In this document: one piece after another, positions 1 through 9,879 of the stretch
How positions within the stretch are numbered: the first letter of the stretch is position 1
How the letters are laid out: each line of letters starts with the position of its first letter
Assembly: GCA_963719505.1 (NCBI GenBank)
Contig: CAVRCF010000003.1
Location: 128,001-192,000, forward strand
DNA: 64,000 nt
Direction: 5' to 3'
DNA from: Halobacteriovoraceae bacterium
GTDB lineage: Bacteria > Bdellovibrionota > Bacteriovoracia > Bacteriovoracales > Bacteriovoracaceae
The notes under the pieces: model-generated
Databases searched by the model: none
What the model was told of the DNA's origin: nothing
Seen by the model: only the letters and a program-made list of their open reading frames with translations
Program-made: the position numbers and the translations under genes

Positions 1-651
1 CTTGCGGCTTCTGCAGCTCAAATGGTTCATGCCGATGCCCTCATTATTATTACAAGTGCTAAAGGTCTTTACGATAAAGATCCTTTAGAGCAAGGGGCTA
101 AGCTTATTAAAGTCGTTGATTATGGAGACGAGCTTGAACATATCGACATGTCGTCAAAGACGAACGCTGGTCGAGGTGGAATGGAGTCGAAAATTCACGC
201 CGTAATGAAAGTTACACCTCTTGGAATCAAAGCAATTATAAGTTCTAAAGACAATGCAAGGATTGTGCTGGATCCTTTAACCATAGAGACCGGAACAATC
301 TTTGGACCAGAGTCAAACTTCCAGCCAGATCAGAAAAAAGCATGGTTAATTTCCACTAAAAAATTAAATTGTTATATGGAAGTTGATAGAGGGGCTTATG
401 AAGCTCTCTTAGAAGGAAACTCGCTTTTCCCACGTGGAGTTTCTTTCTGTTCCGGACATTTCTTTAAGGGAGATAGTATTGACATTTGCTACCAAGGGCG
501 ACCGTTTGCCGTGGGAATTACAGAATACGATAAAAAAGACGTCGAAAGAATAAAGGACGCGCACAGTGATGAGATCGAAGATATTCTTGGTTATAAAATC
601 TCAAGTGCTGTTGTTTTAACACAAAATTTACTTTTAACAGAGGATACCTAA
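1..651 (+). CDS. proB: Glutamate 5-kinase, 5'-truncated by the window edge
   Basis: Frame is open from base 1; GRGGMESK kinase motif and C-terminal PUA domain (VDRGA..AL..GNSLFPRGV); directly upstream of proA. Confidence 0.93.
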   Translation, partial: LAASAAQMVHADALIIITSAKGLYDKDPLEQGAKLIKVVDYGDELEHIDMSSKTNAGRGGMESKIHAVMKVTPLGIKAIISSKDNARIVLDPLTIETGTIFGPESNFQPDQKKAWLISTKKLNCYMEVDRGAYEALLEGNSLFPRGVSFCSGHFFKGDSIDICYQGRPFAVGITEYDKKDVERIKDAHSDEIEDILGYKISSAVVLTQNLLLTEDT

Positions 652-1890
652 ATGAATAGTTTTGCAAAAAAATCTAAAGAAGCCTCAAAAACTCTCAGGG
701 CCATGACTAATGATGTAAGAAAAGAGATTCTTAACTCTCTTGCCAATAATCTAGAATCTCGCAGTGCCGAGGTTATCGAGGCTAACAAAAAAGATTTGGC
801 CTATGCCGAAGAAATTAATTTAAATCAAGCTTTAAAAGACAGACTTCTTTTAGATGAAGGAAGAATTAAAGATATGGCAAATGGAGTAAGATCTATCGCC
901 AATCAAAAAGAAGTTGTCGGACAGTTTTATCAAGAATTTACCAATGATGAAGGATTGAAGATAAAAAGACAAAGAGTCCCTTTAGGGGTGATTCTCATGA
1001 TATTTGAATCTCGACCAAATGTTGTTATTGATTGTGCTGCTCTTGCTTTGAAATCTTCAAATGCAATTATTTTGAAAGGTGGAAAGGAAGCTAAACATTC
1101 AAACGAAATTCTTGGAACGATTATTCAAGATACGTTGGAAGGGAAGATACCTAAAGAAAGCGTCCAAGTTTTAGCTTCTGATAGCAGGGAAGAAGTTAAC
1201 GCTTTGTTAGAGTTGGATGAGTATATTGATGTTGTTATTCCTCGAGGAGGAGAAAGACTTATTGAGCACGTTTATAAGCATGCAAAAATGCCTGTGATTG
1301 CTCACTTTAAGGGGCTATGTCATATGTATATCGATAAGAAAGCCGACATCGAAAAAGCATACAATCTTGTTTTAAATGCAAAAACTCAAAGAACTGGAGT
1401 TTGTAATGCGATTGAGACTCTTCTTGTTCATGAGGATGTCGTTGCAAAGTTTGCTCCCTCTCTAGTTGCAAAACTAAAAGATAAAAATACGGAGTTAAGA
1501 GTCGACGAGAAATTTGCTACAGCATCTAAAGCTGATCTTAAAAAAGCAACAGACGAAGACTGGAACACCGAATATTTAGAAAATATTTTGTCTATTAAAA
1601 CAGTCAGTTCAATTGACGAGGCCATTAATCACATCGATAAGTATGGAAGTTTTCATACAGAGTGTATTGTTTCAGAAGATGAGCAAGCCCAAAATGAATT
1701 CTTAAATCGAGTCGATGCAAGTTGTATCGCAGTAAACGTATCAACGCGTTTTAATGATGGTGGCCAACTTGGTCTTGGAGCAGAGCTTGGGATATCAACG
1801 ACAAAGTTTCACGCTTATGGACCAATGGGGGCAGAGCAAATGACAACATCACGCTACGTAATCGTTGGTGATGGAAATATTAGAAGTTAA
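652..1890 (+). CDS. proA: Gamma-glutamyl phosphate reductase
   Basis: VPLGVI..IFESRPNV, LKGGKEA, GVCNAIETLLVH, NVSTRFNDGGQLGLGAELGIST. Confidence 0.97.
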   Translation: MNSFAKKSKEASKTLRAMTNDVRKEILNSLANNLESRSAEVIEANKKDLAYAEEINLNQALKDRLLLDEGRIKDMANGVRSIANQKEVVGQFYQEFTNDEGLKIKRQRVPLGVILMIFESRPNVVIDCAALALKSSNAIILKGGKEAKHSNEILGTIIQDTLEGKIPKESVQVLASDSREEVNALLELDEYIDVVIPRGGERLIEHVYKHAKMPVIAHFKGLCHMYIDKKADIEKAYNLVLNAKTQRTGVCNAIETLLVHEDVVAKFAPSLVAKLKDKNTELRVDEKFATASKADLKKATDEDWNTEYLENILSIKTVSSIDEAINHIDKYGSFHTECIVSEDEQAQNEFLNRVDASCIAVNVSTRFNDGGQLGLGAELGISTTKFHAYGPMGAEQMTTSRYVIVGDGNIRS

Positions 1891-1904
1891 TAAAAGGAAT
1901 AAAT

Positions 1905-2714
1905 ATGATTGGAGTAATAGGATGTGGAAATATGGCCCAGGCCATCGTCGAGGGAAGTCATAAAAAAGACAGCACACTGCAGTTTTTGACTTATGATCCA
2001 AACCAACAAAAAGCTGAAGATTTGGCAAAGTCTGTTGGTGGACGAGCGGTAAAAAGTCTCAAAGATCTTAGTGTGGTCGATTCTTTTATGATTGCATGTA
2101 AGCCCCAACAGCTTAGTGAATTAAGTAAGAATTTTAAAGACGATCAAGTTGATCTTGGCGCAAAACATATTATTTCAATTCTTGCTGCTACACCAATTGA
2201 AACCTTAAAAACACAGCTTGGAGCCAAAAGAATTTCGAGAGTGATGCCAAATACACCAGCTCTTGTCGGACAGGGAATGACTCTTTTGATTCACTCTGAT
2301 GAAGTTGACACCTCTGAAAAAGATCTTGTCGCAAAGGTTTTCAATGCTTGTGGTGAAGTTTCACTTATGAGTGACGAAACATTGTTTGACCAAGTAACCA
2401 CTGTCTCCGGTTCTGGACCAGCTTATGTTTTTCTCTTCGCTAAAACTATGGCCGATAAGTTACAGTCTTGGGGCGTTGAAGAAAAAGAAGCAAAGAAAAT
2501 CGCCATTGAACTTTTTAAAGGCAGTTCGGCTTTAATGGGTGATCAAAGCGATATTACTTTAGATGAGCTGATTTCAAAAGTGACATCTAAAGGTGGTGTG
2601 ACAATTGAGGCTGTGAAGAGCTATCAGAATTCAAAACTGCCGCAAATAACATCAGATGCTTTAGATGCGGCATATTCGAGATCTGTTGAAATGACTTCCG
2701 AGTTTAAGAGTTAA
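1905..2714 (+). CDS. proC: Pyrroline-5-carboxylate reductase
   Basis: IGCGNMA Rossmann motif, RVMPNTP, SGSGPAY, VTSKGGVT; operon with proBA. Confidence 0.96.
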   Translation: MIGVIGCGNMAQAIVEGSHKKDSTLQFLTYDPNQQKAEDLAKSVGGRAVKSLKDLSVVDSFMIACKPQQLSELSKNFKDDQVDLGAKHIISILAATPIETLKTQLGAKRISRVMPNTPALVGQGMTLLIHSDEVDTSEKDLVAKVFNACGEVSLMSDETLFDQVTTVSGSGPAYVFLFAKTMADKLQSWGVEEKEAKKIAIELFKGSSALMGDQSDITLDELISKVTSKGGVTIEAVKSYQNSKLPQITSDALDAAYSRSVEMTSEFKS

Positions 2715-3225
2715 CAAACTCTTTAAAACTCTTAGCGTGTTTCTTTAAAAACTCTCTGGTCTCTTGATCTGTTAGCTTTCCGTCTTTGAGTTTGTCCATC
2801 GCTTTACCGATCATAACTTCAGGTCTATTTAAAAATTGAATGTTTAAAAAGACTCCAATTTGACGAAGGTGGTACTGCATCCTTGCAGAGCCAATGGCAC
2901 CTGGACTTGCTCCGATAATAGCGGCTTTTTTTCCAGAAAATGGTTGAGGATCTTGCCGAGAAAGGCAGTCTAGAGTGTTTTTCAAAACTCCAGAAACTGA
3001 ATAGTTATACTCTGGACTAAAAAAGATAACGGCATCTGCATCCTTGATTTTTTCTGCTAGCTTTAAAACGGTCGGTTCATCGTCTTTTCCCTTATACATA
3101 GGAATATCTTCTATTTCACCTTCAACCAACTCAAACTCGTCACTTGATAATTCTTTGTAAGCGTTAAAAATCATTCTGTGAATTGAGTTTTCTCTTATAC
3201 TTCCTACAATACCAATAACTTTCAT
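2704..3225 (-). CDS. NAD(P)H-dependent FMN reductase (ChrR/YieF-like flavodoxin fold)
   Basis: GSIRENS, SPEYNYSVSGVLKN, GASPGAIGSARMQYHLRQ. Confidence 0.92.
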   Translation of the reverse strand: MKVIGIVGSIRENSIHRMIFNAYKELSSDEFELVEGEIEDIPMYKGKDDEPTVLKLAEKIKDADAVIFFSPEYNYSVSGVLKNTLDCLSRQDPQPFSGKKAAIIGASPGAIGSARMQYHLRQIGVFLNIQFLNRPEVMIGKAMDKLKDGKLTDQETREFLKKHAKSFKEFVNS

Positions 3226-3247
3226 TTTATCTCCTTATATTAATGGA

Positions 3248-4117
3248 TTAATTCTCAGGAAGAGGTGTAAATTCCTCTTCATCTATTGTTTTCGGGAAGG
3301 TTTGATTCTTCCACCTTAGTTTTGCTTCTTCAATTTTTTCTTTGCTTGTCGATACAAAGTTCCACCACATATAACGCTTTTCAGGCAATGGGGGGCCTCC
3401 AAAAAACATAAATTCACATCCAGACTCAGAGGTAAATTCAACAAGGCTACCTGGTTCAAAAATGATCATATCAAATCGATTGTAAAAGGTTCCTTCAATA
3501 TCGACTTCACCTTTTATGATATAGATAGCTCCTTCAATTGATTCTTGAAGTTGATAGCTAAAGCACTTGTTCTTTTCTATAGAACCATTGAGATAGAAAA
3601 GGTCTGAATAAACTGGAACGGGTGAGGTTTTATTCTCTATAGTCCCCGCAATGAGTCGCATCGAAGCATCTTTGATATCAACTCTTGGAACATCTTTTTC
3701 TTTGCAGTGATAAAAACTAGCTTCAATATCTTCTTTCTCTTTTGGTAGTGCAAGCCACAGCTGAATGCCTTCTAAATTTATGGGAGTGCTTTCAGAGCGT
3801 GTTCGTTCACTGTGGGTTATTCCACTTCCAGCGGTCATCCAGTTAACTTCTCCTGGACGAATGAGTTGTTTATTTCCAAGGCTATCTCGGTGCATAATTT
3901 CGCCTGAAAAAAGCCAGGTTATAGTCGCTAGTCCAATATGAGGATGAGAGCGAACCTTTAGCTCCTTGTCACCCATTAATTCGACGGGACCCATATGGTC
4001 CCAAAAGACAAAGGGTCCAACAGCTTTGTGTCCAATCGATGGGAGTGATCTTCGAACTTGAAATCCATCTCCCAGCTCTTTTGTTTTCGATGAAATTATT
4101 TTCCTAATAATGCTCAT
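3248..4117 (-). CDS. Pirin family protein
   Basis: GPFVFWDHMGP, HPHIGLAT, HRDSLG, WMTAGSGITHSE, WWNFVS. Confidence 0.95.
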   Translation of the reverse strand: MSIIRKIISSKTKELGDGFQVRRSLPSIGHKAVGPFVFWDHMGPVELMGDKELKVRSHPHIGLATITWLFSGEIMHRDSLGNKQLIRPGEVNWMTAGSGITHSERTRSESTPINLEGIQLWLALPKEKEDIEASFYHCKEKDVPRVDIKDASMRLIAGTIENKTSPVPVYSDLFYLNGSIEKNKCFSYQLQESIEGAIYIIKGEVDIEGTFYNRFDMIIFEPGSLVEFTSESGCEFMFFGGPPLPEKRYMWWNFVSTSKEKIEEAKLRWKNQTFPKTIDEEEFTPLPEN

Positions 4118-4173
4118 TTCTTTTCTCCATAAATCGTATCAATGAGTCTAGGATAAATTTTGATAAAAAACTA

Positions 4174-4188
4174 TAACTCTTAGAGTTA
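4174..4188. promoter_or_regulatory. 7-1-7 inverted repeat TAACTCT-T-AGAGTTA between divergent pirin and katG; candidate operator
   Basis: Perfect 7-bp arms in the intergenic region; regulator not identifiable. Confidence 0.35.
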
Positions 4189-4285
4189 ACTCAGGTACAT
4201 TCACAATATATTCACATAACTTCCAAGAAAATTTTTAAGGTTTAATGTAGAATAGTGTGAATTTTAAATTAATGGAGGAAGTGCA

Positions 4286-6463
4286 ATGGAAGGAAAATGC
4301 CCATTTAGAGGAAATCATCAAAAAGAAGCTGCAGGTGAAGGCAGACAAAATGCTGATTGGTGGCCAAACCAATTAAAGCTTAATATTTTAAGGCAACACT
4401 CTAAGCTGTCAAATCCCATGGGAGAGAATTACAAATATTCCGAAGAATTTAAAAAACTCGATCAAAAAGAATTGAAAAAAGATATGATGAGTTTGATGAA
4501 AGAGTCACAAGACTGGTGGCCAGCTGACTTTGGACACTACGGACCTTTTTTTATTCGACTGTCTTGGCATTCGGCTGGAACCTATAGAGCTGGGGATGGA
4601 CGCGGTGGCGCTGCAACCGGTAATCAGCGGTTTGCTCCACTTAACAGCTGGCCTGACAATGGAAACCTAGATAAAGCTAGACTGCTCTTGTGGCCTCTGA
4701 AGAAAAAGTATGGAAACAAAATTTCATGGGCAGACCTTTTTGTTTTTGCGGGAAATTGCGCCCTTGATTCAATGGGATTAAAAACAGCAGGATTCGCTTT
4801 TGGTAGAGAAGACATTTGGCATCCCGAAGAAGATATTTACTGGGGAAGCGAAACAAAGTGGGAGACAAACGACAAAAGATATAAAGGTGACCGAGAACTT
4901 GAAAATCCTCTTGGTGCTGCTGTTATGGGGCTCATCTACGTGAACCCTCAAGGACCAAACAATGAACCTAACCCTGAAAAGGCAGCTATCGATATCAGAG
5001 AAACATTTGGAAGAATGGCGATGAATGACGAAGAGACTGTTGCTCTTATCGCTGGAGGGCATACCTTTGGTAAGTGTCATGGCGCTGGGCCTGGTAAACA
5101 TGTTGGAGTTGAACCCGAGGGTGGCAAAATTGCTGATCAAGGACAAGGCTGGCTGAGTACTTATAAATCGGGTGTGGCAGGCGATGCTATAACCAGTGGT
5201 CTCGAAGGCGCTTGGACCGAGAACCCAATAAAGTGGGACAATAATTATTTTGAAAATCTTTTTAAATATGAATGGGAACTGACTAAAAGTCCCGCAGGAG
5301 CCCATCAGTGGAAACCAAAAGGATCAACCGGGGACGGCACTGTCATGGATGCTCACGATCCAAATAAAAAAAATGCGCCTATGATGGCCACTACCGATTT
5401 AGCCTTAAAAGTTGATCCCGCTTACGAGAAAATTTCCCGTAAATTTTTTGAAAATCCTAAAGAGCTTGCAACGGCTTTCGCAAATGCCTGGTTCAAACTT
5501 TTACATAGAGATATGGGGCCAACATCAAGATACCTTGGTGAAGACATCCCGAAAAAAGAATTTTTATGGCAAGATCCAATTCCAAAAGCTAACTATCAAA
5601 CGATTGACGAAACAGACATCTATCTTTTAAAGCAAGCCTTCATGGAAAGTGATCTGAGTATTTCAGCATTGGTTTCAACTGCATGGGCTTCTGCTTCAAC
5701 TTATAGAGACTCGGACAAGCGAGGGGGAGCGAACGGTGGAAGAATTAGGCTAGAACCTCAAATCAGTTGGGAAGTTAATAGCTCAAGTGAGATAAAAAAA
5801 GTTTTAGCTGAATGTGAAAAAATTCAAAAAGAATTCAATTCAAGTTCAGAAAAAGCACAGGTTTCTATTGCCGACCTTATTGTCCTTGGAGGATGTGCTG
5901 CTCTTGAAAAAGCATCGGGAAAGAAGGTCCCTTTTACTCCAGGTAGAACAGATGCTTCTCAAAAACAGACAGACATTGATTCGTTTGCCTTCTTAAACCC
6001 ACTTGCAGATGGTTTTAGAAATTATATCAGTTCTGATGTCGATGAAAACTTTGAAGTCTCAGCTGAAGAGCTTCTCATAGACAAGGCAAACCTTTTGACT
6101 TTAACGGCACCTGAGATGACTGTTCTTGTGGGCGGAATGAGAGTTCTTGAGACGAACTATGATCATTCCTCTTTGGGCGTTTTTACTGACTCCAGTGGGA
6201 GACTCAATAACGATTTTTTCAAAAACTTAATAAGTATGGAAACGAAGTGGAGAGAAACAACGGAAAAAGAAGAGCAATTTCTAGGAACAGATAGAAAGAC
6301 CGGAGAAGAAAAATGGAAGGGGTCAAGAGTGGATCTCATCTTTGGCTCAAACTCTGAGCTTCGAGCTCTCAGTGAGGTCTATGCAACAGATGAGTCAAAT
6401 GATAAATTTGTTGGCGATTTTATAAAAGCATGGGATAAAGTGATGAATTTAGATCGCTTCTAA
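4286..6463 (+). CDS. katG: Catalase-peroxidase
   Basis: [39 protein letters not shown]-terminal VMNLDRF; GGAGG RBS. Confidence 0.98.
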   Translation: MEGKCPFRGNHQKEAAGEGRQNADWWPNQLKLNILRQHSKLSNPMGENYKYSEEFKKLDQKELKKDMMSLMKESQDWWPADFGHYGPFFIRLSWHSAGTYRAGDGRGGAATGNQRFAPLNSWPDNGNLDKARLLLWPLKKKYGNKISWADLFVFAGNCALDSMGLKTAGFAFGREDIWHPEEDIYWGSETKWETNDKRYKGDRELENPLGAAVMGLIYVNPQGPNNEPNPEKAAIDIRETFGRMAMNDEETVALIAGGHTFGKCHGAGPGKHVGVEPEGGKIADQGQGWLSTYKSGVAGDAITSGLEGAWTENPIKWDNNYFENLFKYEWELTKSPAGAHQWKPKGSTGDGTVMDAHDPNKKNAPMMATTDLALKVDPAYEKISRKFFENPKELATAFANAWFKLLHRDMGPTSRYLGEDIPKKEFLWQDPIPKANYQTIDETDIYLLKQAFMESDLSISALVSTAWASASTYRDSDKRGGANGGRIRLEPQISWEVNSSSEIKKVLAECEKIQKEFNSSSEKAQVSIADLIVLGGCAALEKASGKKVPFTPGRTDASQKQTDIDSFAFLNPLADGFRNYISSDVDENFEVSAEELLIDKANLLTLTAPEMTVLVGGMRVLETNYDHSSLGVFTDSSGRLNNDFFKNLISMETKWRETTEKEEQFLGTDRKTGEEKWKGSRVDLIFGSNSELRALSEVYATDESNDKFVGDFIKAWDKVMNLDRF

Positions 6464-6471
6464 CCAATAGC

Positions 6472-6500
6472 TCTGGGGGGAGGTATAATCTCCTCTCAGA
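6472..6500 (+). terminator. Hairpin after katG (terminator or transcript-stabilising stem)
   Basis: TCTGGGGGGAG/CTCCTCTCAGA stem with G-U pairs; weak U-tail. Confidence 0.45.
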
Positions 6501-6524
6501 CCTTTAAATTAAAGAAGATTATTT

Positions 6525-8810
6525 ATGAAAAAAGTGCCCATTGCCATCCTGCTTCTGTTAAGTTCAATTTTGGTCTTTTATTCTCTTTATTCGAAAAATA
6601 GAAAAGCGGGCTGGAGCTCCTCTGAGATCCTTGAGAAAGACCATTACTATTCGCAAGCAATTCAGCCAATATTTAATGCAAAATGTATCGCTTGTCATTC
6701 TTGTTATAATTCACCCTGTCAGCTTAATATGACCTCATACTTCTCTACTGTAAGAGGAGCTAATAAAATTAGTATTTATGACTTTCCTAAATTGGAATCT
6801 AGAGAACCGACAAGAATGTTTATTGATGGAGAAGATGAAAAGACTTGGCGAGAGAAAGGTTTTTATAGCGTCCTTTCAAAGGGAAAAGATTCTCTTTTAA
6901 CGTATATGATTACCAACCCCCATGGAATCGAATCAGGAAAGCAAAATAAGTACATCTCTGAAGAGAGTCGAGTCTGTATGAGTTCATTAGAGGAGTCAGA
7001 GGAGTTTACTTCTAAGAATCCTGCTGGAAGAATGCCCTACGGATTTCCAGGCTTAGAAAAATCAGAAATAGAAACACTTATTAAGTGGCAAAGTAGTGGG
7101 GCTCCTGGACCTGTTTTGTTAGAGCAAGAAAGGAAATTGAGCCAGTTGTCTGGTATCGATTCTGAAGTTAAGAAGTGGGAAAAATTCTTTAATCGTCAGT
7201 CGATGAAAGAGAAAATTGCCTCTCGCTATATCTATGAGCATCTGTTTCTAGCGCATATTTATTTTCCATCATATCCAAAAGTGAATTTTCGACTTGTGAG
7301 GTCTAAATCTGAATCGGGAAAAATTAAAGAAATTGGGACACTCTATCCTTTTGATGACCCTAAAGGCGAGTTTTCCTATCGTTTAAGACCAGTAGTTGAA
7401 ACAATTGTTCATAAAAGTCATATTCCTTTCGAGTTTAATGACAAAAAAATGGAAAAATGGGAGAAAAGTTTTTTTAAAAGTTCTTGGATAAACACGCCCA
7501 AAAAGATGCCTGCTTATGGAAGGGAGGGAGCAAATCCTTACAAGACTTTTGAATCAATTCCTGCAGCCGCTCGCTACCAGTTTTTTCTCGATGAATCGAG
7601 CTATCACATTATGACTTTTATAAAAGGTCCCGTATGTCGAGGTCAGACAGCTTTGAATGTTATTAATGATCATTTTTGGGTTTTCTTCATCGATCCAAGT
7701 AAGGATGCATTGGTTAATTCAAAAGAATTTTACTCTCATGCTGCTAAAAAAATGGTTATGCCAGCTCAATTGAAAGATGACTTTAAGCCTCTTAAAGATC
7801 TTAGAAAAAACTATTGGAAAACATTGAATAAAAAGTACGACTATCTTAACTCTCAACTCTTATCAGACGAATGGTTTTGGACGGGAAATAAGGAAGATGA
7901 CGATGCCTCAATAACTGTCTCTAGGCACTTTGATAGTGCTCATGTTATGAAAGGGCTCCAAGGGGAAGTTCCTAAGACAGCTTGGGTTTTAGACTATCAC
8001 GTCTTTGAATCAATCTACTATAATTTGACTGCTGGTTATAATGTCTTTGGACCCATTCTTCATCAGGTAAACTCTAGACTTTTTATGGAAATTTCTAGAA
8101 TTGCCTCTGAGGATCTTTTTATCTCTTTTCTAAAACCTGAACTGAGAACCCATATTCGCAGTGATTGGAATATAGCAGTACCAAAGAGAGACGAATCAAT
8201 GTTAAAGTGGCTCGCTGATACCATTACTCAAGATGCTAGCGAGGAGATGAAGTATACTTATGTCTACCACGGAACAGAGGTTAAAGTTGAAAATGAAGAT
8301 TCCAAAGAGAGTTTGTTAAGGCGTCTAAAAAATAAAATTTTAACAAAAGAACAAATTTTGGCGGGCAAAAAAGAGAAGAGCGAAGACTTAGTCGCTCTAG
8401 CAGGTATAAAGTCAAAAGGTCTTCAGTACCTTCCAGATACTATTATTTTTAGTGTTGATGATGATGTGTACACACTTGTTCATAATAAAGATCACTTTAA
8501 TGTTTCTATGCTCTTTTTTGAGCAAGATAGAAGAAATGTAAAAAAAGACTCTATTGATATTATTCCAGGGATTGTGACTTCGTACGCAAATGCATTTATG
8601 CGACTCAAAAAAGATGATGTCCAAGCTTTTACAAAAGATTTAAAGGCTGCTGAGAGTGAAAAGAAGATATGGGAGCTGATGAAAAAATATATTATCTCTA
8701 GGTCGGATAAAAACTTTTGGTCTCACTATAAGTATTTCTCCGAAAAATCTTATGAAAAAAATACAAATGAGTATGGCTATTTAGATCTTAATCGATACTT
8801 AAATATTTAG
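6525..8810 (+). CDS. cti: Fatty acid cis/trans isomerase (Cti family, cytochrome c-type)
   Basis: CIACHSCYNSPCQL heme-c motif, YIYEHLFLAHIYF, FIKGPVCRGQTALNVINDHFWVFF, C-terminal LDLNRY. Confidence 0.9.
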   Translation: MKKVPIAILLLLSSILVFYSLYSKNRKAGWSSSEILEKDHYYSQAIQPIFNAKCIACHSCYNSPCQLNMTSYFSTVRGANKISIYDFPKLESREPTRMFIDGEDEKTWREKGFYSVLSKGKDSLLTYMITNPHGIESGKQNKYISEESRVCMSSLEESEEFTSKNPAGRMPYGFPGLEKSEIETLIKWQSSGAPGPVLLEQERKLSQLSGIDSEVKKWEKFFNRQSMKEKIASRYIYEHLFLAHIYFPSYPKVNFRLVRSKSESGKIKEIGTLYPFDDPKGEFSYRLRPVVETIVHKSHIPFEFNDKKMEKWEKSFFKSSWINTPKKMPAYGREGANPYKTFESIPAAARYQFFLDESSYHIMTFIKGPVCRGQTALNVINDHFWVFFIDPSKDALVNSKEFYSHAAKKMVMPAQLKDDFKPLKDLRKNYWKTLNKKYDYLNSQLLSDEWFWTGNKEDDDASITVSRHFDSAHVMKGLQGEVPKTAWVLDYHVFESIYYNLTAGYNVFGPILHQVNSRLFMEISRIASEDLFISFLKPELRTHIRSDWNIAVPKRDESMLKWLADTITQDASEEMKYTYVYHGTEVKVENEDSKESLLRRLKNKILTKEQILAGKKEKSEDLVALAGIKSKGLQYLPDTIIFSVDDDVYTLVHNKDHFNVSMLFFEQDRRNVKKDSIDIIPGIVTSYANAFMRLKKDDVQAFTKDLKAAESEKKIWELMKKYIISRSDKNFWSHYKYFSEKSYEKNTNEYGYLDLNRYLNI

Positions 8811-8813
8811 AAT

Positions 8814-8840
8814 AAAAAAAGCCCTATCATTTGATAGGGC
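8814..8840 (-). terminator. Rho-independent terminator between convergent cti and the collagen-like gene
   Basis: GCCCTATCA-TT-TGATAGGGC perfect stem; A7 run gives a U-tail on the minus strand. Confidence 0.8.
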
Positions 8841-8855
8841 CCTCTCTCTTATCTT

Positions 8856-9608
8856 TTAAAACTCAACCTCTCCATCTTTTGTGATTTTAAAGCGACAGCC
8901 TGTTCCGTCAGAAGTGACATAGGATTTATTTTTCTTCAATATTGTCAAAAACTTGTTATCCCCATTTTCAAAGTAAGCTAGAACATCGCCACTTTGAAGT
9001 ACAAGGAGGACTTCGTCCTGACCTTGAGAGCTCTCTTGGCCACAAGGATCAACTATTCTTTGAACGAAATCTAACCCGTCTTGACCGTCTTCTCCGTCTT
9101 CGCCGTCTTCACCATCTTGACCGTCTTCTCCGTCTTCGCCGTCTTCACCATCTTGACCGTCTTCGCCGTCTTCGCCGTCTTGACCGTCTTCGCCGTCTTG
9201 ACCATTTCTTATAAACGCTGTTGTTCCATCAGCGCATGAAATAAGTGCACCTAAACTATTGTCTGCTTCTGCTACTGAACAGGCACTTCCGTCTTGTCCA
9301 TCCTTTCCATTCTTAATGAAGGCTTTGGTGTCTCCGCAAGAAATCATGGCACCACCATCCATCTCTTTTATAGAACATGAAACTCCATCCTCTCCATCTT
9401 GACCATCAATTCCATTTCTTATTCTCTGTTGTGTTCCATCTGGACAACTAATAACGACTTCTTGAGTTTCGTCATCTTTTGTGACTGAACAATTTGCTAC
9501 TAGATTTTCGGTTAGAGTGACACCTTCGTCATCGTTTGCATCCGTGTGAGGACCTCTGCCACAGGAAAATAAAGTTAAAGATAAAGCTAATAATAAAGTG
9601 ATTTTCAA
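8856..9608 (-). CDS. Collagen-like (acidic G-X-D repeat) lipoprotein
   Basis: Likely TTG start at 9608 behind an AAGGAG RBS; lipobox LFSC; 15 consecutive G-[QEL]-D triplets; Cys-paired CS[VI]...ISC repeats; C-terminal DPCG...DEVLL...YVTSDGTGC domain. Confidence 0.8.
   Translation of the reverse strand: MKITLLLALSLTLFSCGRGPHTDANDDEGVTLTENLVANCSVTKDDETQEVVISCPDGTQQRIRNGIDGQDGEDGVSCSIKEMDGGAMISCGDTKAFIKNGKDGQDGSACSVAEADNSLGALISCADGTTAFIRNGQDGEDGQDGEDGEDGQDGEDGEDGEDGQDGEDGEDGEDGQDGLDFVQRIVDPCGQESSQGQDEVLLVLQSGDVLAYFENGDNKFLTILKKNKSYVTSDGTGCRFKITKDGEVEF
9070..9204. repeat. 9-bp-unit tandem repeat encoding (G-X-D)15, with an exact 36-bp duplication (9079-9114 / 9115-9150)
   Basis: Units such as ccgtcttcg, ccgtcttct, ccatcttga read directly from the sequence. 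Confidence 0.9.
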
Positions 9609-9645
9609 TGCGAACTCCTTTTCTTGACTGCACACCTTATAAATA

Positions 9646-9661
9646 AGCAAAAGGGATGCCA
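9646..9661 (-). promoter_or_regulatory. Sigma-54 (-24/-12) promoter of the collagen-like lipoprotein
   Basis: Minus strand TGGCATCCCTTTTGCT = GG-N10-GC, matching TGGCAY-N5-TTGCW, about 40 bp before the start. Confidence 0.75.
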
Positions 9662-9879
9662 TTGTAAGATACCGAAATCACGAGTGTACAAGCCCGATGG
9701 TGCATGATGGGCCTAGTAGGTGGTATCAGTTCTTCACTTTTCTTCATGAGTACGTGTAAGTCCACAGAATCATTATGAAGAAGATCTCACTGAAAACACT
9801 AAAAATTATACAATTTAGCTACGAACTCAATTTTTTGAGTGATAGAAAGCCATGTTATTGAATTTTACACGGTGGTCTC

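Noticed and set aside
4624-5996. Short overlapping ORFs inside katG, and similar ones inside acrB, ppc, the TBDR and others
   Set aside because: Antisense or off-frame shadows of well-supported genes
9070-9204. CRISPR-like array
   Set aside because: 9-bp coding units with no spacers and no cas genes
8942-9214. Arg/Leu/His-repeat ORF on the + strand
   Set aside because: Antisense shadow of the G-X-D repeat
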